IMG/VR virus record: IMGVR_UViG_2524614764_000005
Coordinates: 32,001 to 96,000 of that record
Direction: 5' to 3' (one strand)
DNA length: 64,000 nt
From: a virus
Lineage: Duplodnaviria > Caudoviricetes
Both the position numbers and the translations under genes were made by a program. Position 1 is the stretch's first letter; each line of letters begins with the position of its first letter. This document shows positions 39,188-49,805 of the stretch, in pieces. The notes below the pieces were generated by a model, which did not search any database, was not told where the DNA came from, and saw only the letters and a list, made by a program, of their open reading frames with translations.

Positions 39188-39637
39188 ATGGAAAAGGTAA
39201 TCATATACACTGATGGTGGTTGTAGAGGAAATCAAAATGATACAAATGTTGGTGGCTGGGGAGCTGTTTTAACATATAAAGGTAAAGAAATCGAATTGAA
39301 AGGCGGCAAACTAAACACAACAAACAATGTGATGGAACTGAGAGGTGCAATTGAAGCTTTAAAGCATATAAAGACAAATAACATACATATTGAAGTTTAT
39401 GCTGACTCTACATACGTGGTTGATGGCATGAATAGCTGGGTGAAGAATTGGATTAAAAACAATTGGCGTAAATCGAACAAGAAACCAGTTGAAAATAAGG
39501 AACTCTGGATGGAATTAAACGAGCTTGTTAAGAATCAAGCATCAGTCACATTCTTAAAAGTAAAAGGACATAGTGGAGATGTAGGGAATGAAAAGGCAGA
39601 TGAGTTGGCCAACAAAGCAATGGATGAGCTTGAATAG
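39188..39637 (+). CDS. rnhA: Ribonuclease HI
   Basis: YTDG, TTNNVMEL, DSTY, VKGHSG..GNEKADELA. Confidence 0.95.
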   Translation: MEKVIIYTDGGCRGNQNDTNVGGWGAVLTYKGKEIELKGGKLNTTNNVMELRGAIEALKHIKTNNIHIEVYADSTYVVDGMNSWVKNWIKNNWRKSNKKPVENKELWMELNELVKNQASVTFLKVKGHSGDVGNEKADELANKAMDELE

Positions 39638-39674
39638 CAAATAAAAAATAAGCTTTCACAAAAAAAGAGGAGAT

Positions 39675-39941
39675 ATGGCTGTGGCAAACAGGATATATAT
39701 TATAAGGATTGACGTTGCGTATGCAGGTGACTTTATTGTTATTCCCCATACTAGCAAAAAGAAAGCCATGCTAGATTTCTATGAACGAATTAAATGGTGG
39801 GAAGATAGCTTAAAGATAAGTTCGAAAAAGCTTTCGGAAACAAAAACAGAAATTGAAGTTGACGTTAGAGATCCTATAAGCGAAGAAGGTGCAAGTCTGT
39901 ATTTCAATGCAGTCCAATCTGGAGAAGAGCTGGTTTTGTAA
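39675..39941 (+). CDS. Hypothetical protein bounded by junction sites 39643 and 39947
   Basis: 88 aa with SD GAGGAG. Confidence 0.6.
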   Translation: MAVANRIYIIRIDVAYAGDFIVIPHTSKKKAMLDFYERIKWWEDSLKISSKKLSETKTEIEVDVRDPISEEGASLYFNAVQSGEELVL

Positions 39942-39983
39942 CAAAATAAAAGATAGTTTTTAAGGGGTTATGTAACGGAGAGA

Positions 39984-40796
39984 TCAAGCTCTCCATGATT
40001 CGAAGGATGGTATACGGAGTTTTCCGTTCTTGGTCTTATATCTGTGCTTAACCTTACATATAATAGGTTCGATTAATACATAATCGCCAGATTCAGACTT
40101 TACTTGTTTCATAGCGTGGAATCTATTACGTTCTACAGATGGCATGAATTCCATAAGCCCAGCTGCAGTTCCATCAGGATAGGTTAGAAGAAACTTTATA
40201 TCCTTTTTGGTGTAGCCAGTAATAAGAACTTCAGTGTAATCATAATTAATCACTTTAAGCCAATTATGAGAACGTTTATTGATTTGATAAAGGGAGTCAG
40301 CTTTCTTGAGTACGATTCCTTCTAAGTTCTTTTCTTTGGCCAAATTGAAATATGCAAGGCCGTTACCTGGAATTCCCCCGACAGTGCATATATTCGGATG
40401 ATTTAGTTCAAGTAAGTTTAGTGCTGTCTTTCGTTCAGTGAGTGTCTTAGTTGCTATTGACTTACCGTTTTTATAGATAACATCAAAAACACAGTAAACA
40501 ATACTATGAGCAGTTTTATTGGACATAAAACGTTCCATCACAGCATCAAAATTAGGAGCGCCGTCTGGGGCAGCTACAATAACTTCACCATCGAGAACTG
40601 TTCCATTTGGGATATCTAAATCTAAAAGCTCAGGAAACTTATTTGTAACTTCATTATTGTGCCGAGTATAAAGCTTTATCTGATCATTAAACTTGGAAAG
40701 GATAAGCCTTAACCCATCAAATTTAAGCTCTGTAATGTACCTATCATCATCGAATGGTTCTCTAATTGAATGCAACAACATTGGCGATACAAACAA
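39984..40796 (-). CDS. ligB: ATP-dependent DNA ligase
   Basis: ELKFDG, LDGE, EGIVLK, WLKV. Confidence 0.92.
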   Translation of the reverse strand: MFVSPMLLHSIREPFDDDRYITELKFDGLRLILSKFNDQIKLYTRHNNEVTNKFPELLDLDIPNGTVLDGEVIVAAPDGAPNFDAVMERFMSNKTAHSIVYCVFDVIYKNGKSIATKTLTERKTALNLLELNHPNICTVGGIPGNGLAYFNLAKEKNLEGIVLKKADSLYQINKRSHNWLKVINYDYTEVLITGYTKKDIKFLLTYPDGTAAGLMEFMPSVERNRFHAMKQVKSESGDYVLIEPIICKVKHRYKTKNGKLRIPSFESWRA

Positions 40797-40865
40797 AATA
40801 TCACCTCCTACCTATTACATAATAACGAAGTGAAGGTGATATATAAAGCGAAAGAACAGTGGTAC

Positions 40866-41540
40866 TTAATGGGATTGTATGAGCTCTGGTGAATTGTTTT
40901 TAGGCGAGTTTACTAAAGATGAAACCTGGTATGCCTCCATGTCATGAGCAGCATAAGGTTTTAGCAAACTCTTTAGATAATCAGTGTCGGAATTTTTAGG
41001 GTTGAGCCATTCTTTTTCACTCCCCTGAGTCAGGATTACTGGCATACGATCATGAATATCTTCCATAAGCTCATTGGGCTTTGTCGTAATGATTGTGCAA
41101 GTGAATAACGTATTGCCATCTTGCGTGTTCCATTTTTCATATAATCCTGCAAAAGCAAAAAGGCTAGATGATTTAAGCTTAATCCGCATAGGAATTTTAG
41201 TCTTTGGATCGAGGCGTTTCCATTCATAAAAACTGTCAGCTGGTATGATACAACGTTTGTTTATGAGTGGTTTTCGAAAGCTAGGTTTTTCGGTTAATGT
41301 TTCAGAGCGGGCATTAATCATTTTATAACCAATTTTTTCGTCTTTAGCCCAAGGAGGGATAAGACCCCATCTTAGTTTGCCAAGACGGTTATTTGATCCA
41401 TCGTTGATAACTGTCAGGATATTTTGAGAAGGAGCAATATTATAGCTCGGTTGATATTCATCTTCGGGCAAGAACTCATCAATACTGAAATGCTTAATAA
41501 TTTCATCAAATTCAGAGAATAAAGTAAATCTACCACACAT
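40866..41540 (-). CDS. yoqW: SRAP/HMCES abasic-site protein
   Basis: MCGRF N terminus, NARSET, FYEW, IHDRMPVIL. Confidence 0.92.
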   Translation of the reverse strand: MCGRFTLFSEFDEIIKHFSIDEFLPEDEYQPSYNIAPSQNILTVINDGSNNRLGKLRWGLIPPWAKDEKIGYKMINARSETLTEKPSFRKPLINKRCIIPADSFYEWKRLDPKTKIPMRIKLKSSSLFAFAGLYEKWNTQDGNTLFTCTIITTKPNELMEDIHDRMPVILTQGSEKEWLNPKNSDTDYLKSLLKPYAAHDMEAYQVSSLVNSPKNNSPELIQSH

Positions 41541-41615
41541 GTTCATCATCCTTTAGGAGTTTTGAACATTGTACAAGGTTGACAAGGGAAAATCAAAAAG
41601 ATAGGTGGTGACGCA

Positions 41616-41831
41616 ATGTCCGTAATAGGAACAGAGCAAGTTCAAGTATATGTTGAAGGCGTATGGACACAACAACCTTTTAGTGAATTAAGCTGTGGCC
41701 AGGTATTCAAAATGTTGCATGAAGAAGGCATTGGAATTTATGCAGCAATTAGCGATGCATGGTACGACGAGCTGTATGAACAGTGGATGGTACATATTAA
41801 AGAAGATCACGGCGGATTAATTAAAAAATAA
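41616..41831 (+). CDS. Small protein (YoqX position)
   Basis: 71 aa; synteny. Confidence 0.55.
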   Translation: MSVIGTEQVQVYVEGVWTQQPFSELSCGQVFKMLHEEGIGIYAAISDAWYDELYEQWMVHIKEDHGGLIKK

Positions 41832-41851
41832 CATATATATGAGGTGTTTAT

Positions 41852-42160
41852 TTGAGGGTTTTGGTCAGAGACATAAAGTACCTTATGAAGGCAGGAGTAT
41901 TAAAGCAGCCTTTGGCAGGACTAATCTTTGTAAATTTGTTTATTTATCTCTTATCCAAAAGTAATGGCAATGGTGAATTCGTGAATATGGAATTCTTATC
42001 GGGATTGATAAATATATCATTCATTACAGCAGGTGTTATAGGTTATATAAAGTATTGGAAACCGATGATTCAAGAAGAAATTGATGCGGTCGAATTAGAA
42101 ATTACAAATAACAAAAAGTTGATGAGGCATGTCAGATTAAGAAGAAAATTCGATAAGTAA
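41852..42160 (+). CDS. Two-TM membrane protein
   Basis: Hydrophobic segments. Confidence 0.55.
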   Translation: MRVLVRDIKYLMKAGVLKQPLAGLIFVNLFIYLLSKSNGNGEFVNMEFLSGLINISFITAGVIGYIKYWKPMIQEEIDAVELEITNNKKLMRHVRLRRKFDK

Positions 42161-42200
42161 GGATAAAACAGAGATTTCATATAGATTGAGGAGGATTGAA

Positions 42201-42854
42201 ATGGACTATTTTTATGAGGAAGAATTTTATAATGAGCCAAATGAGTTTGAAAAACAAATCAATGAATTTAAGGAAAGTTTGTTGAAATCAGTAAAACAAG
42301 AATATTTGAGTGAAATGGAGCAACTGAAGAAGGAAAATAAAGAACTCCAAGTAGTAAGAGAGAATTTAGATACTATTGAAAAAGAATACAAAGAGAAATC
42401 AAGAAGGTTAGACAGGGAACGCCACAACATGGAAATGGAGTTGAAAAACAAAAGACTCTCAGAACTTATGAATGGTTCTGAAGTTATTATGTACAAAGCT
42501 TACCCATCAGAAGTAGCCCAAGATAAGTGTTCTCAGTGTAATGAAAATAGGCAAATAGAATATGTTACGCCACTTGGCAATAAAGCATTTGAAAAAAAAA
42601 GAGTTTATGTCCCAGAAGAATACATGCGCTATTCTTTTTCACTTGTGAACTCAGGTGGCCGTCGATATGTAAATGCTTTTTACAGAAAGAACGGAAGTGA
42701 TCGTGATGAGTACTTCTCTTATGATGATAAAATTCGAGCCGAAAATATTTATAGCTTAGAGATGAAGTTTGATCAATTGAATAGTTATAATACGTTTTTC
42801 AAAACTGTTGATGAGTGTCAAAGCTATTGTGATTTTTTAAATAAAACTCAATAA
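42201..42854 (+). CDS. Coiled-coil protein bounded by junction sites 42164 and 42852
   Basis: SD GAGGAGG; coiled coil plus CxxC. Confidence 0.65.
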   Translation: MDYFYEEEFYNEPNEFEKQINEFKESLLKSVKQEYLSEMEQLKKENKELQVVRENLDTIEKEYKEKSRRLDRERHNMEMELKNKRLSELMNGSEVIMYKAYPSEVAQDKCSQCNENRQIEYVTPLGNKAFEKKRVYVPEEYMRYSFSLVNSGGRRYVNAFYRKNGSDRDEYFSYDDKIRAENIYSLEMKFDQLNSYNTFFKTVDECQSYCDFLNKTQ

Positions 42855-42890
42855 AAGTAATTTTTTATTCAGTTTAAAAGGAGCGAGGGA

Positions 42891-43304
42891 ATGTCCAACA
42901 ACGAACAAATCAAGCGATTGAATGATATAAACGAGCTGATCAAGCTCATTGCAACCATAGATAGACGTACTTTCTACTGTAAATCAAAGGATCGGATAGC
43001 GTATTTCAGATTTAAGAAAAAACTGTTCTTCGTCGATGATTACACAGGCGATGATGTTTACCCGTATGAATTGGGGTACGGTCGAGCAAACGGATTTTCA
43101 CACGGAGGGAACATGTGGGAGCTGGTCAACAGTTTTAGGAAATTTATCATCACTGGTAAATGTGGTGCTCTCAGAGATTACAAGGAGATCTGGGCGTATA
43201 GTCGTGAAGGCTGTGAAAGGATTCGGCAGAAGGCAAAGGAAATCGGTTTTATCAAAACAGTAGACTACCCATACAGTTTCAGAGAATGGCAGAAAGCAAA
43301 ATAA
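42891..43304 (+). CDS. Hypothetical protein
   Basis: 137 aa, GFSHGG motif. Confidence 0.65.
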   Translation: MSNNEQIKRLNDINELIKLIATIDRRTFYCKSKDRIAYFRFKKKLFFVDDYTGDDVYPYELGYGRANGFSHGGNMWELVNSFRKFIITGKCGALRDYKEIWAYSREGCERIRQKAKEIGFIKTVDYPYSFREWQKAK

Positions 43305-43323
43305 TGGTATAGGGGGAAATGGC

Positions 43324-43857
43324 ATGAAAGAAGCTATTCAATTTCTAAAAGAATTGCAACAAGAATTGAAAACACAGGATGTTGATTGTCAGGCTGCACC
43401 ACGATTTTGGGTCGTAGGTGACTATGAGTGGGTTGAAGCAAATGAAGGAAACGCTGAGCGATATTCTGTGCACTTACCTAATGCAGCAGAATCTTATCCT
43501 GTTAAAGATTACATCGAAAGTGCAAAAGAAGACGGTGAATTCAGTGATGAACAATTAAAGGAACTGGATGAATGCCAAAATGACTACGATGAAATTTTAA
43601 AATGGATACAAAAATACGAAGATGAAGGTGCGGAACTCTTTCCTGAGAAAAAAGTACATATAAAAAAAGACAACACATTCTTTATTACAAAAAAAGAAGC
43701 CAAAAAACATATTAAGGCGAACAGTCATCATTACACTAGTGAAGCGCACACTTACGCAATGACAGCATGGAGAGCGGCAAAAGTCGCTAAGTTGTGGGAG
43801 TTACTAAAAGAATTTGATTGGGATAGTGTGGAGATTAAAAAGGAGGAAGTGATGTGA
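43324..43857 (+). CDS. Hypothetical protein
   Basis: 177 aa. Confidence 0.65.
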   Translation: MKEAIQFLKELQQELKTQDVDCQAAPRFWVVGDYEWVEANEGNAERYSVHLPNAAESYPVKDYIESAKEDGEFSDEQLKELDECQNDYDEILKWIQKYEDEGAELFPEKKVHIKKDNTFFITKKEAKKHIKANSHHYTSEAHTYAMTAWRAAKVAKLWELLKEFDWDSVEIKKEEVM

Positions 43858-44138
43858 GCCTCAATATTAATATGCAAAGGTGGTCTGAGCGATTTTACCA
43901 AAGGAAAATGGACATGGAGCCTATAGAGAAATATTTAAAAATGATACAGAAGGAAAAAGAACAAACTTTTCAAAAGCGATACGACTACCATATCTCACAA
44001 AAATATGAAGCGATGGCAGGTTTTTATGATGGATGGAGCAGCAGTACAGATGCCCGAAATCATCATGCATTAAGTGCAAGCCTAGTTTATCAAGATGCAT
44101 TAACCGAAGGTATTAGGTTGAAAGCGGAGGGTGACTGA
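43854..44138 (+). CDS. Hypothetical protein
   Basis: 94 aa, coupled. Confidence 0.55.
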   Translation: MSLNINMQRWSERFYQRKMDMEPIEKYLKMIQKEKEQTFQKRYDYHISQKYEAMAGFYDGWSSSTDARNHHALSASLVYQDALTEGIRLKAEGD

Positions 44139-44434
44139 TGGCAAAGGTATTGTTGAATCAAACACTCTATCAATGTGAACTTTGTGGGAAACGGCTTCTC
44201 ACACCGCATGGTGCTAAGTTACACGAAACTAAGTATTGTTCAGTTGTTATACAGAGAGAAGCAATGATTGAACGTAAGAAACGTCAGGAGTTCTGTGAAC
44301 ACAAACATATGGAAATGAGCTATATTACGCCATTGGGAGAAGATCATTTGCAGATACCCGACTTTAAATGCTGTGCAGACTGCGGCATGACAGAAATGGA
44401 TATTGAGAAGAAAAACAAGGGGGAATTAGAGTGA
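44138..44434 (+). CDS. Zn-finger protein
   Basis: CELC...H...C; CEH...CADC. Confidence 0.65.
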   Translation: MAKVLLNQTLYQCELCGKRLLTPHGAKLHETKYCSVVIQREAMIERKKRQEFCEHKHMEMSYITPLGEDHLQIPDFKCCADCGMTEMDIEKKNKGELE

Positions 44435-44595
44435 ACGAAACATTTCCATGTATTCAATGTGGAAAAGTAACAACTAAAGATATTGAGTTTTGCTGTGATG
44501 GTTATGAGTGTGGATGTCAAGGTCTTCCTATCCACCCACCAACATGTTGTAAGGAATGTGATGAAAAATTCTTTGGCGGAGGTGAAAATAAATAA
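44431..44595 (+). CDS. Cys-rich small protein (54 aa)
   Basis: Read by hand: MNETFPCIQCGK...CCDGYECGCQG...CCKEC. Confidence 0.6.
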   Translation: MNETFPCIQCGKVTTKDIEFCCDGYECGCQGLPIHPPTCCKECDEKFFGGGENK

Positions 44596-44654
44596 AGAAA
44601 ATTGAAAAATCATTATTTGAATCAGTAGACATAGTAAAGAAAACTAATATAACC

Positions 44655-44753
44655 ATGAAAAACTGGAAAAGACAACATTTCATACTTACATTACTTAATT
44701 TAAGCGCACTTGCTGTTATAGGCACCCTAATTATCATACATAACTTCAAATAA
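44655..44753 (+). CDS. Small single-TM peptide (32 aa)
   Basis: MKNWKRQHFILTLLNLSALAVIGTLIIIHNFK; weak SD. Confidence 0.35.
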   Translation: MKNWKRQHFILTLLNLSALAVIGTLIIIHNFK

Positions 44754-44772
44754 AAACAACCTTTTAACGAAA

Positions 44773-45564
44773 GTGAGGAATTTAATGTTAAGCGAATTAA
44801 AACAGTCCACATTAAACAAACAAGCTGATCTAGATTACTTATTCAATGCGTACTCAATCATTCTTCAAGAAAAAGATAATGTTTTAAGTAATCTAAATAC
44901 ATACTTAGCAAGTCTGACCATTGCCCAAAAGAATTTATTTAATGTTTTAGACAAGGAAGCAAAGAGTAAGTTTTCAATAGATATTAGACAGCGAGTTTTG
45001 CAGCTACTTAATGACTATGTGGCAAACATATACGATGGATGTAGTGTCAAAATATCTGCTGTAAACTTAAACCCCTTCGCAATTATCACCGATAAAGGCA
45101 GCGTTATTAGAGTAAATTGGGAATCAAAAACATACGGCCGAACAGTTGAATGGTCTTCAGAAAAGTATTACGAGAGAGTGAATCAAGACCTTGAAAGTGG
45201 AATTCGAGAGTCTAAAGCTGCTATTAACCGGTACACCGAAGTTTTAAAAAGACCTTTAATTGGACTTTTAAAAGATAACAATCGATTTATCAAGAATCCA
45301 ATTTGTTATATAGCAAAACAGTGTTCTACCTTGCTGGTTCATCCATTTAAAAAGAAAGAATACATAAATATACTTACACAATTGATTAAAAACTATGAAG
45401 ATGGAATTAAATCTAGTCACAAAGAAATCAAAAGGAATCAAGAGAAATGGAAAAAAAAACGAGAGTTAAAGCCTGAAATAGACAAGATATTTAAAGTTTG
45501 GGAAGAACATTTAAAAGGGCTGGGTTTTAGAGAGATTAAGTCTAACTCACCTGAACTTTATTAG
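44773..45564 (+). CDS. Hypothetical protein
   Basis: 263 aa; probable ATG at 44785. Confidence 0.65.
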   Translation: MRNLMLSELKQSTLNKQADLDYLFNAYSIILQEKDNVLSNLNTYLASLTIAQKNLFNVLDKEAKSKFSIDIRQRVLQLLNDYVANIYDGCSVKISAVNLNPFAIITDKGSVIRVNWESKTYGRTVEWSSEKYYERVNQDLESGIRESKAAINRYTEVLKRPLIGLLKDNNRFIKNPICYIAKQCSTLLVHPFKKKEYINILTQLIKNYEDGIKSSHKEIKRNQEKWKKKRELKPEIDKIFKVWEEHLKGLGFREIKSNSPELY

Positions 45565-45575
45565 GAGGAGAAGTG

Positions 45576-45722
45576 TTGAACGCTGAAGCATTAATTAACA
45601 AATTACAAGCAGATAATAAACTATTGAGAATCGAAAATGAAAAACTGAAACAACTTCTAAGCAATATTGAACATCGTGGAATGGAAAATGATATCAAATT
45701 AAAAAGAAAACAAATTTATTGA
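45576..45722 (+). CDS. Small coiled-coil protein (48 aa)
   Basis: SD AGGAGG; MNAEALINKLQADN... Confidence 0.55.
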   Translation: MNAEALINKLQADNKLLRIENEKLKQLLSNIEHRGMENDIKLKRKQIY

Positions 45723-45775
45723 GGGGGAATTATATTGACTAAAATTAAGTTTAAGACTGAACGTAAGGAGGCTGA

Positions 45776-45982
45776 ATGCGAATGAGTAGTGTTCTTAGAG
45801 ATACAATTGAAGGTCACAAAGAAACGGCCAAAGCAATTCAGTCGTTTATGTGGGAAGGGAAGCCATTTAAAAGTAGCAAAAAGGAACGGACAACGGAAGA
45901 ATTAGAGGAGTTTTTGGAGATGATTCGAAGAAGTTCTTCTAGATTGTACGATGATGGGGCAAGTGAGTTAGGTTGGAAATAG
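45776..45982 (+). CDS. Hypothetical protein
   Basis: SD AAGGAGG. Confidence 0.55.
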   Translation: MRMSSVLRDTIEGHKETAKAIQSFMWEGKPFKSSKKERTTEELEEFLEMIRRSSSRLYDDGASELGWK

Positions 45983-45997
45983 GAAGGAGTTAATTAA

Positions 45998-46342
45998 ATG
46001 AAACCTAAAATTACAAAAGAGCAGGCGAAAGCGATTGAGGTTCTACGGAGTGTTCATAACGATAGTAGAATACTAGAAATGTACGTTGAAGACAGTGTCG
46101 GACATAATTGTGCCTCTATACGTGATCTTAATCTAATTGAACTCGCCACTGCTTTAATTAACGGATATGAAGTTGAAAAGTTGCCTGAGGAAAAGGTTCG
46201 GGAATTTTACGATTATAATCACGCAAAACATGAGCAATCGGAGGCATTAAGTCCAGAGGATCATTACACCGCAGGAACAGAATGGGGAATCAGACACACG
46301 CTGTGTCTATTGGACATCAAAATCGAAGGGATAAGCACATGA
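45998..46342 (+). CDS. Hypothetical phage protein
   Basis: KITKEQAKAIE...ALINGYEVE. Confidence 0.65.
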   Translation: MKPKITKEQAKAIEVLRSVHNDSRILEMYVEDSVGHNCASIRDLNLIELATALINGYEVEKLPEEKVREFYDYNHAKHEQSEALSPEDHYTAGTEWGIRHTLCLLDIKIEGIST

Positions 46343-47052
46343 AATACGATAAAACATTCGTTTTAAGTGATATACACGGTGAATTGGCAAAGTTTAAGGA
46401 GCTGCTCCAGTATTGGAAACCGAATGAAGAAAACCTGGTTATCCTTGGTGATCTAATTGATAGAGGTGAACACTCTCTAGAGGTCGTCCAACTGGCTATG
46501 GATCTAAAGAACACATACAATGAGCAGGTTGTTGTGTTAAAAGGAAATCACGAAGACATGCTTTCGATTTTCTTATCTGAAAAAGACTATCAAACAGGAG
46601 ATTGGTATTTTAATAATGGTGGGAATAGAACATGCGAAAGCTTCACGCAGTATAGTTTCCCATTGTATTTCCACAGTTATGAAGAGAGAGCTAATAAGAT
46701 GCTGCAAGTGTCTAACAAGGAAATTCAATTCCTTAAGCAGTTGCCTCTGCATTATGAATTTGGAGATATGCTTTTTGTACATGCAGGGATTAATCCTCAT
46801 TTAAACGATTGGAGAAAATCAGTTGAGAAAGATTTCCTGTGGACTAGAGGTCATTGGAACCATCCAAATGAAACAGGGAAGGCAGTCATTTTTGGCCATA
46901 CTCCAGTTAGACATATTCATGATAGTGATGAAGTATGGGTTAGTAAATGCAAGTCTTACATAGGCATTGATGGTGGAGCAGTTTTTAAGGGTCAACTAAA
47001 CGGCATTGTGATTGATAAAAAAGGACAGATTTTAGAAAAATATAAAGTGTAG
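46339..47052 (+). CDS. Ser/Thr protein phosphatase-like metallophosphoesterase
   Basis: SDIHG, LGDLIDRG, GNHE, HAG, FGHTP. Confidence 0.9.
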   Translation: MKYDKTFVLSDIHGELAKFKELLQYWKPNEENLVILGDLIDRGEHSLEVVQLAMDLKNTYNEQVVVLKGNHEDMLSIFLSEKDYQTGDWYFNNGGNRTCESFTQYSFPLYFHSYEERANKMLQVSNKEIQFLKQLPLHYEFGDMLFVHAGINPHLNDWRKSVEKDFLWTRGHWNHPNETGKAVIFGHTPVRHIHDSDEVWVSKCKSYIGIDGGAVFKGQLNGIVIDKKGQILEKYKV

Positions 47053-47062
47053 GGGTGGAAAA

Positions 47063-47455
47063 ATGACAGTTGTTTTAAGTCCAGAGATTCATGACGCAGT
47101 AGATTTCTTTAAGAAAAATCTTGGATATTCAGATAAGCATCTTTACTTGGGGTTAGTTCAATTTGATGTAATGAAAGATAAGAACCATGAGTTTGCGGAT
47201 GTGATTTACAATTTCTATAAAGAAAAGCCTGAAAGCTTTATTGCAGCTTTTAAGCATGGATATGTGGTCGAGCGACCAATCGAGTTCAACCAGGCTATTG
47301 TTAGATTCTTCAACAAGGAAGAATTAAGCGTCAAACATAAAAATACAGGTAAGCGTTATAAAGTTCATCTGGAGATGAAGAAATATCCTGCAGGTTTTGA
47401 ACTGAGAACGTTGGACATGTGGAATTGGAGTGAGGTTACAGCAAGTAATGAATAA
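47063..47455 (+). CDS. Hypothetical protein
   Basis: 130 aa. Confidence 0.6.
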   Translation: MTVVLSPEIHDAVDFFKKNLGYSDKHLYLGLVQFDVMKDKNHEFADVIYNFYKEKPESFIAAFKHGYVVERPIEFNQAIVRFFNKEELSVKHKNTGKRYKVHLEMKKYPAGFELRTLDMWNWSEVTASNE

Positions 47456-48020
47456 ACTAATAGTGTTATCAGGTCATAGCGGTGGCGGTAAAACATCCTT
47501 AATGCGTCAAATCATGAAAAATGAAGTTGTATCATTTACTACGAGGTCACCAAGAAAAGGTGAAATTGATGGCGTGGACTATAAATTTATTAGCCTTGAG
47601 AAATTCAAGGAGTTAAAGGAACAGGGCAAGCTAATCGAACAAGTTGAATACAGTGGACATTATTATGGAATTGATCAAGAAGAATTTGAAAATAAGATGA
47701 GTTTAGGAAATGCATTTGTTATTGTTGATTATCATGGAATGCAGCAGATCAAAAAGTTCTATTCTAATTGCGTTACCTTGTTTTTATACACTTCTTACGA
47801 CCAAGCATACAAGCAAATGGTTGAGAGAGGAGATGCATTAGAAAAGGTTGAACAAAGGTTGAGCACATATCACGAAGAGATTGGGAATAGAAAGAATTAT
47901 GACTATGTAATAAGAAACAATAATAGCATGTTTAGTGTAACAAAAGAAATTATTGAAAAAATTTTAGAGTCAGAACATCTAAAATTAGATGAAAGTGGAC
48001 GTATAAACAAAATAGAATAG
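47448..48020 (+). CDS. gmk: Guanylate kinase-like
   Basis: GHSGGGKTS, TTRSPRKGEIDGVDYKF, YYG. Confidence 0.85.
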   Translation: MNKLIVLSGHSGGGKTSLMRQIMKNEVVSFTTRSPRKGEIDGVDYKFISLEKFKELKEQGKLIEQVEYSGHYYGIDQEEFENKMSLGNAFVIVDYHGMQQIKKFYSNCVTLFLYTSYDQAYKQMVERGDALEKVEQRLSTYHEEIGNRKNYDYVIRNNNSMFSVTKEIIEKILESEHLKLDESGRINKIE

Positions 48021-48149
48021 CTTAATTTATCTTGTCCTAGAAAAAACAGGTTCATTACCAACTAAGCTAAGAGACAAACAACCAAAAAATGTATTGCATT
48101 TTTCTTTCGGTTTAGTGAAAAGTATACACAAATCGAAAGGAGGATAAAA

Positions 48150-49760
48150 ATGTCTTGCATTGAAATAATGAAGGAGATTAACGGTATTTTGCAACAAGGA
48201 ATAATAAACAGAATAGTTACAAATGATTCTGTAAACGTCCAGACTAATTTGATTGAATGGTTTAAAAAAGCTAGTTATGAAGAGGTTAGAAGAGAAGTCG
48301 CTAGAGGTTTTAAATTAAACTTTACCTTACCAATAGTAGGAGAACTAACTCCATTTGATTTTGGGGCAAGCGATAGTGAACAAAAATTTAATGAATTAAA
48401 AAGTTATATAAATCAAGGGAAAGTTACTAGAATGAGCATAGCCAGCACACGCAACTTTTTAAGTGAGAATATTGATGCAAACACAGTTGCAGCTTGGGAA
48501 CGGTCAATAGCTAGAGCAATGAGTGTATGCACATTGGAGCAATTGACGACTATTCAAACTAATGCTTCAGATACAGGTACTTCAGATACAGGTACTTCTG
48601 ATGGGGACACACATCAACCTCCACCGCCACCTTTTAATTATGGGCTAAGATATACGATTGACAACTCAGATGGAAATACTGTAATAAAGATTTTATATCA
48701 TCCACAAAACAGAAATGATACTTACCCTAAAGTTGAATCATTCTCGGTGATTGGTGGAGAGTGCATACAAGGAGCTCTTACAGCAGGAGAAAGTATAGAT
48801 AATGAAAAAACAATAATATTAAAACAAACCTCATCCGATAGTGCACTATTGTTAATATCAACTGATAAACAGGATCTAGATATTAAATTTTCAACAAATG
48901 TATTGAATACGCTTTTGATGAAAATTTTCGTATACAAGATACCAATTAATCCTTTTCAACATATATATACGCAAAAAGTTCCTGAAGGTTATAAAATTAT
49001 TGGAGCTGGATTTAATTTAGGTTTTGGTAATGGAAATGTCGCCAATAAACCTAATATTATTCCAACATCGTCATATCCATTGAGCAATAATGAATGGTCA
49101 GTAAAATTTTCAAGTAAAATTGAAAATCAAAGCGAGCAAAATCTATTTTTAGCATTAACGACAGTATATGACCCACATAACACTTGGGATATTAAAATTT
49201 TTAGCAATAAACAAAGGAATGTTAGCAAAGTGAGTAGTTCCCCTAATGAAGATTTCATATTAGTTGGAGGAGGATGTAATTTTAATGTTATAGGGGCAAA
49301 TGATTCATCTGATTATTTTAATATGGAAGACTTTAGAGTGGGATTAAGGTCACTTTATCCAAAAAACTCAAGTACATGGGAAGTTAGTCTTGGCGAGTCT
49401 GATATTCAAAGAGTGGGGAACTGGGAGTTAACATGTTATTCAATAGGAATAAAAAACAATGGTAATATTGAAAACTTTGTAAAGCAAGAGAACTCTAAAA
49501 ATAATGCCTATCTTTCAGATGGTATTTATTACACAAGCTCCGGTGGGGGTGTTTTAAATGAAGCTGATAGAAATAAATCTATATCCGTAAACATTCATTA
49601 TTTCAAATCAATTGGTGGTGGAACAGCAACAGATCAATCGACTCCAATAGGATGGTTCTGCAGTTCTAGCAATGGTATGCTTTCAAGTGAGTTAAACACA
49701 TACGCTCTTGGTATAAGACATTCAGGTATTCAATTTTTACCGATTGAGTTCAAATATTAA
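48150..49760 (+). CDS. 536-aa orphan moron protein (helical N domain, Pro linker, beta-rich C domain)
   Basis: Own promoter (TTGCAT..TAGTGA/TATACA region), SD AAGGAGG, strong terminator; low GC. Confidence 0.7.
   Translation: MSCIEIMKEINGILQQGIINRIVTNDSVNVQTNLIEWFKKASYEEVRREVARGFKLNFTLPIVGELTPFDFGASDSEQKFNELKSYINQGKVTRMSIASTRNFLSENIDANTVAAWERSIARAMSVCTLEQLTTIQTNASDTGTSDTGTSDGDTHQPPPPPFNYGLRYTIDNSDGNTVIKILYHPQNRNDTYPKVESFSVIGGECIQGALTAGESIDNEKTIILKQTSSDSALLLISTDKQDLDIKFSTNVLNTLLMKIFVYKIPINPFQHIYTQKVPEGYKIIGAGFNLGFGNGNVANKPNIIPTSSYPLSNNEWSVKFSSKIENQSEQNLFLALTTVYDPHNTWDIKIFSNKQRNVSKVSSSPNEDFILVGGGCNFNVIGANDSSDYFNMEDFRVGLRSLYPKNSSTWEVSLGESDIQRVGNWELTCYSIGIKNNGNIENFVKQENSKNNAYLSDGIYYTSSGGGVLNEADRNKSISVNIHYFKSIGGGTATDQSTPIGWFCSSSNGMLSSELNTYALGIRHSGIQFLPIEFKY
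48565..48602 (+). repeat. 15-bp tandem repeat encoding SDTGT
   Basis: CTTCAGATACAGGTA twice plus CTTCTGAT. Confidence 0.85.
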
Positions 49761-49767
49761 AAACACA

Positions 49768-49805
49768 AAAAGTTAGCAGCAGTGTACTCATCTGCTGCTA
49801 ACTTT
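49768..49805. terminator. Strong (bidirectional) terminator
   Basis: AAAGTTAGCAGCAG / CTGCTGCTAACTTT. Confidence 0.85.

Noticed and set aside
48011-48030. Junction site upstream of the 536-aa moron
   Set aside because: TAGAA-TAGCTT-AATTT is too degenerate to count
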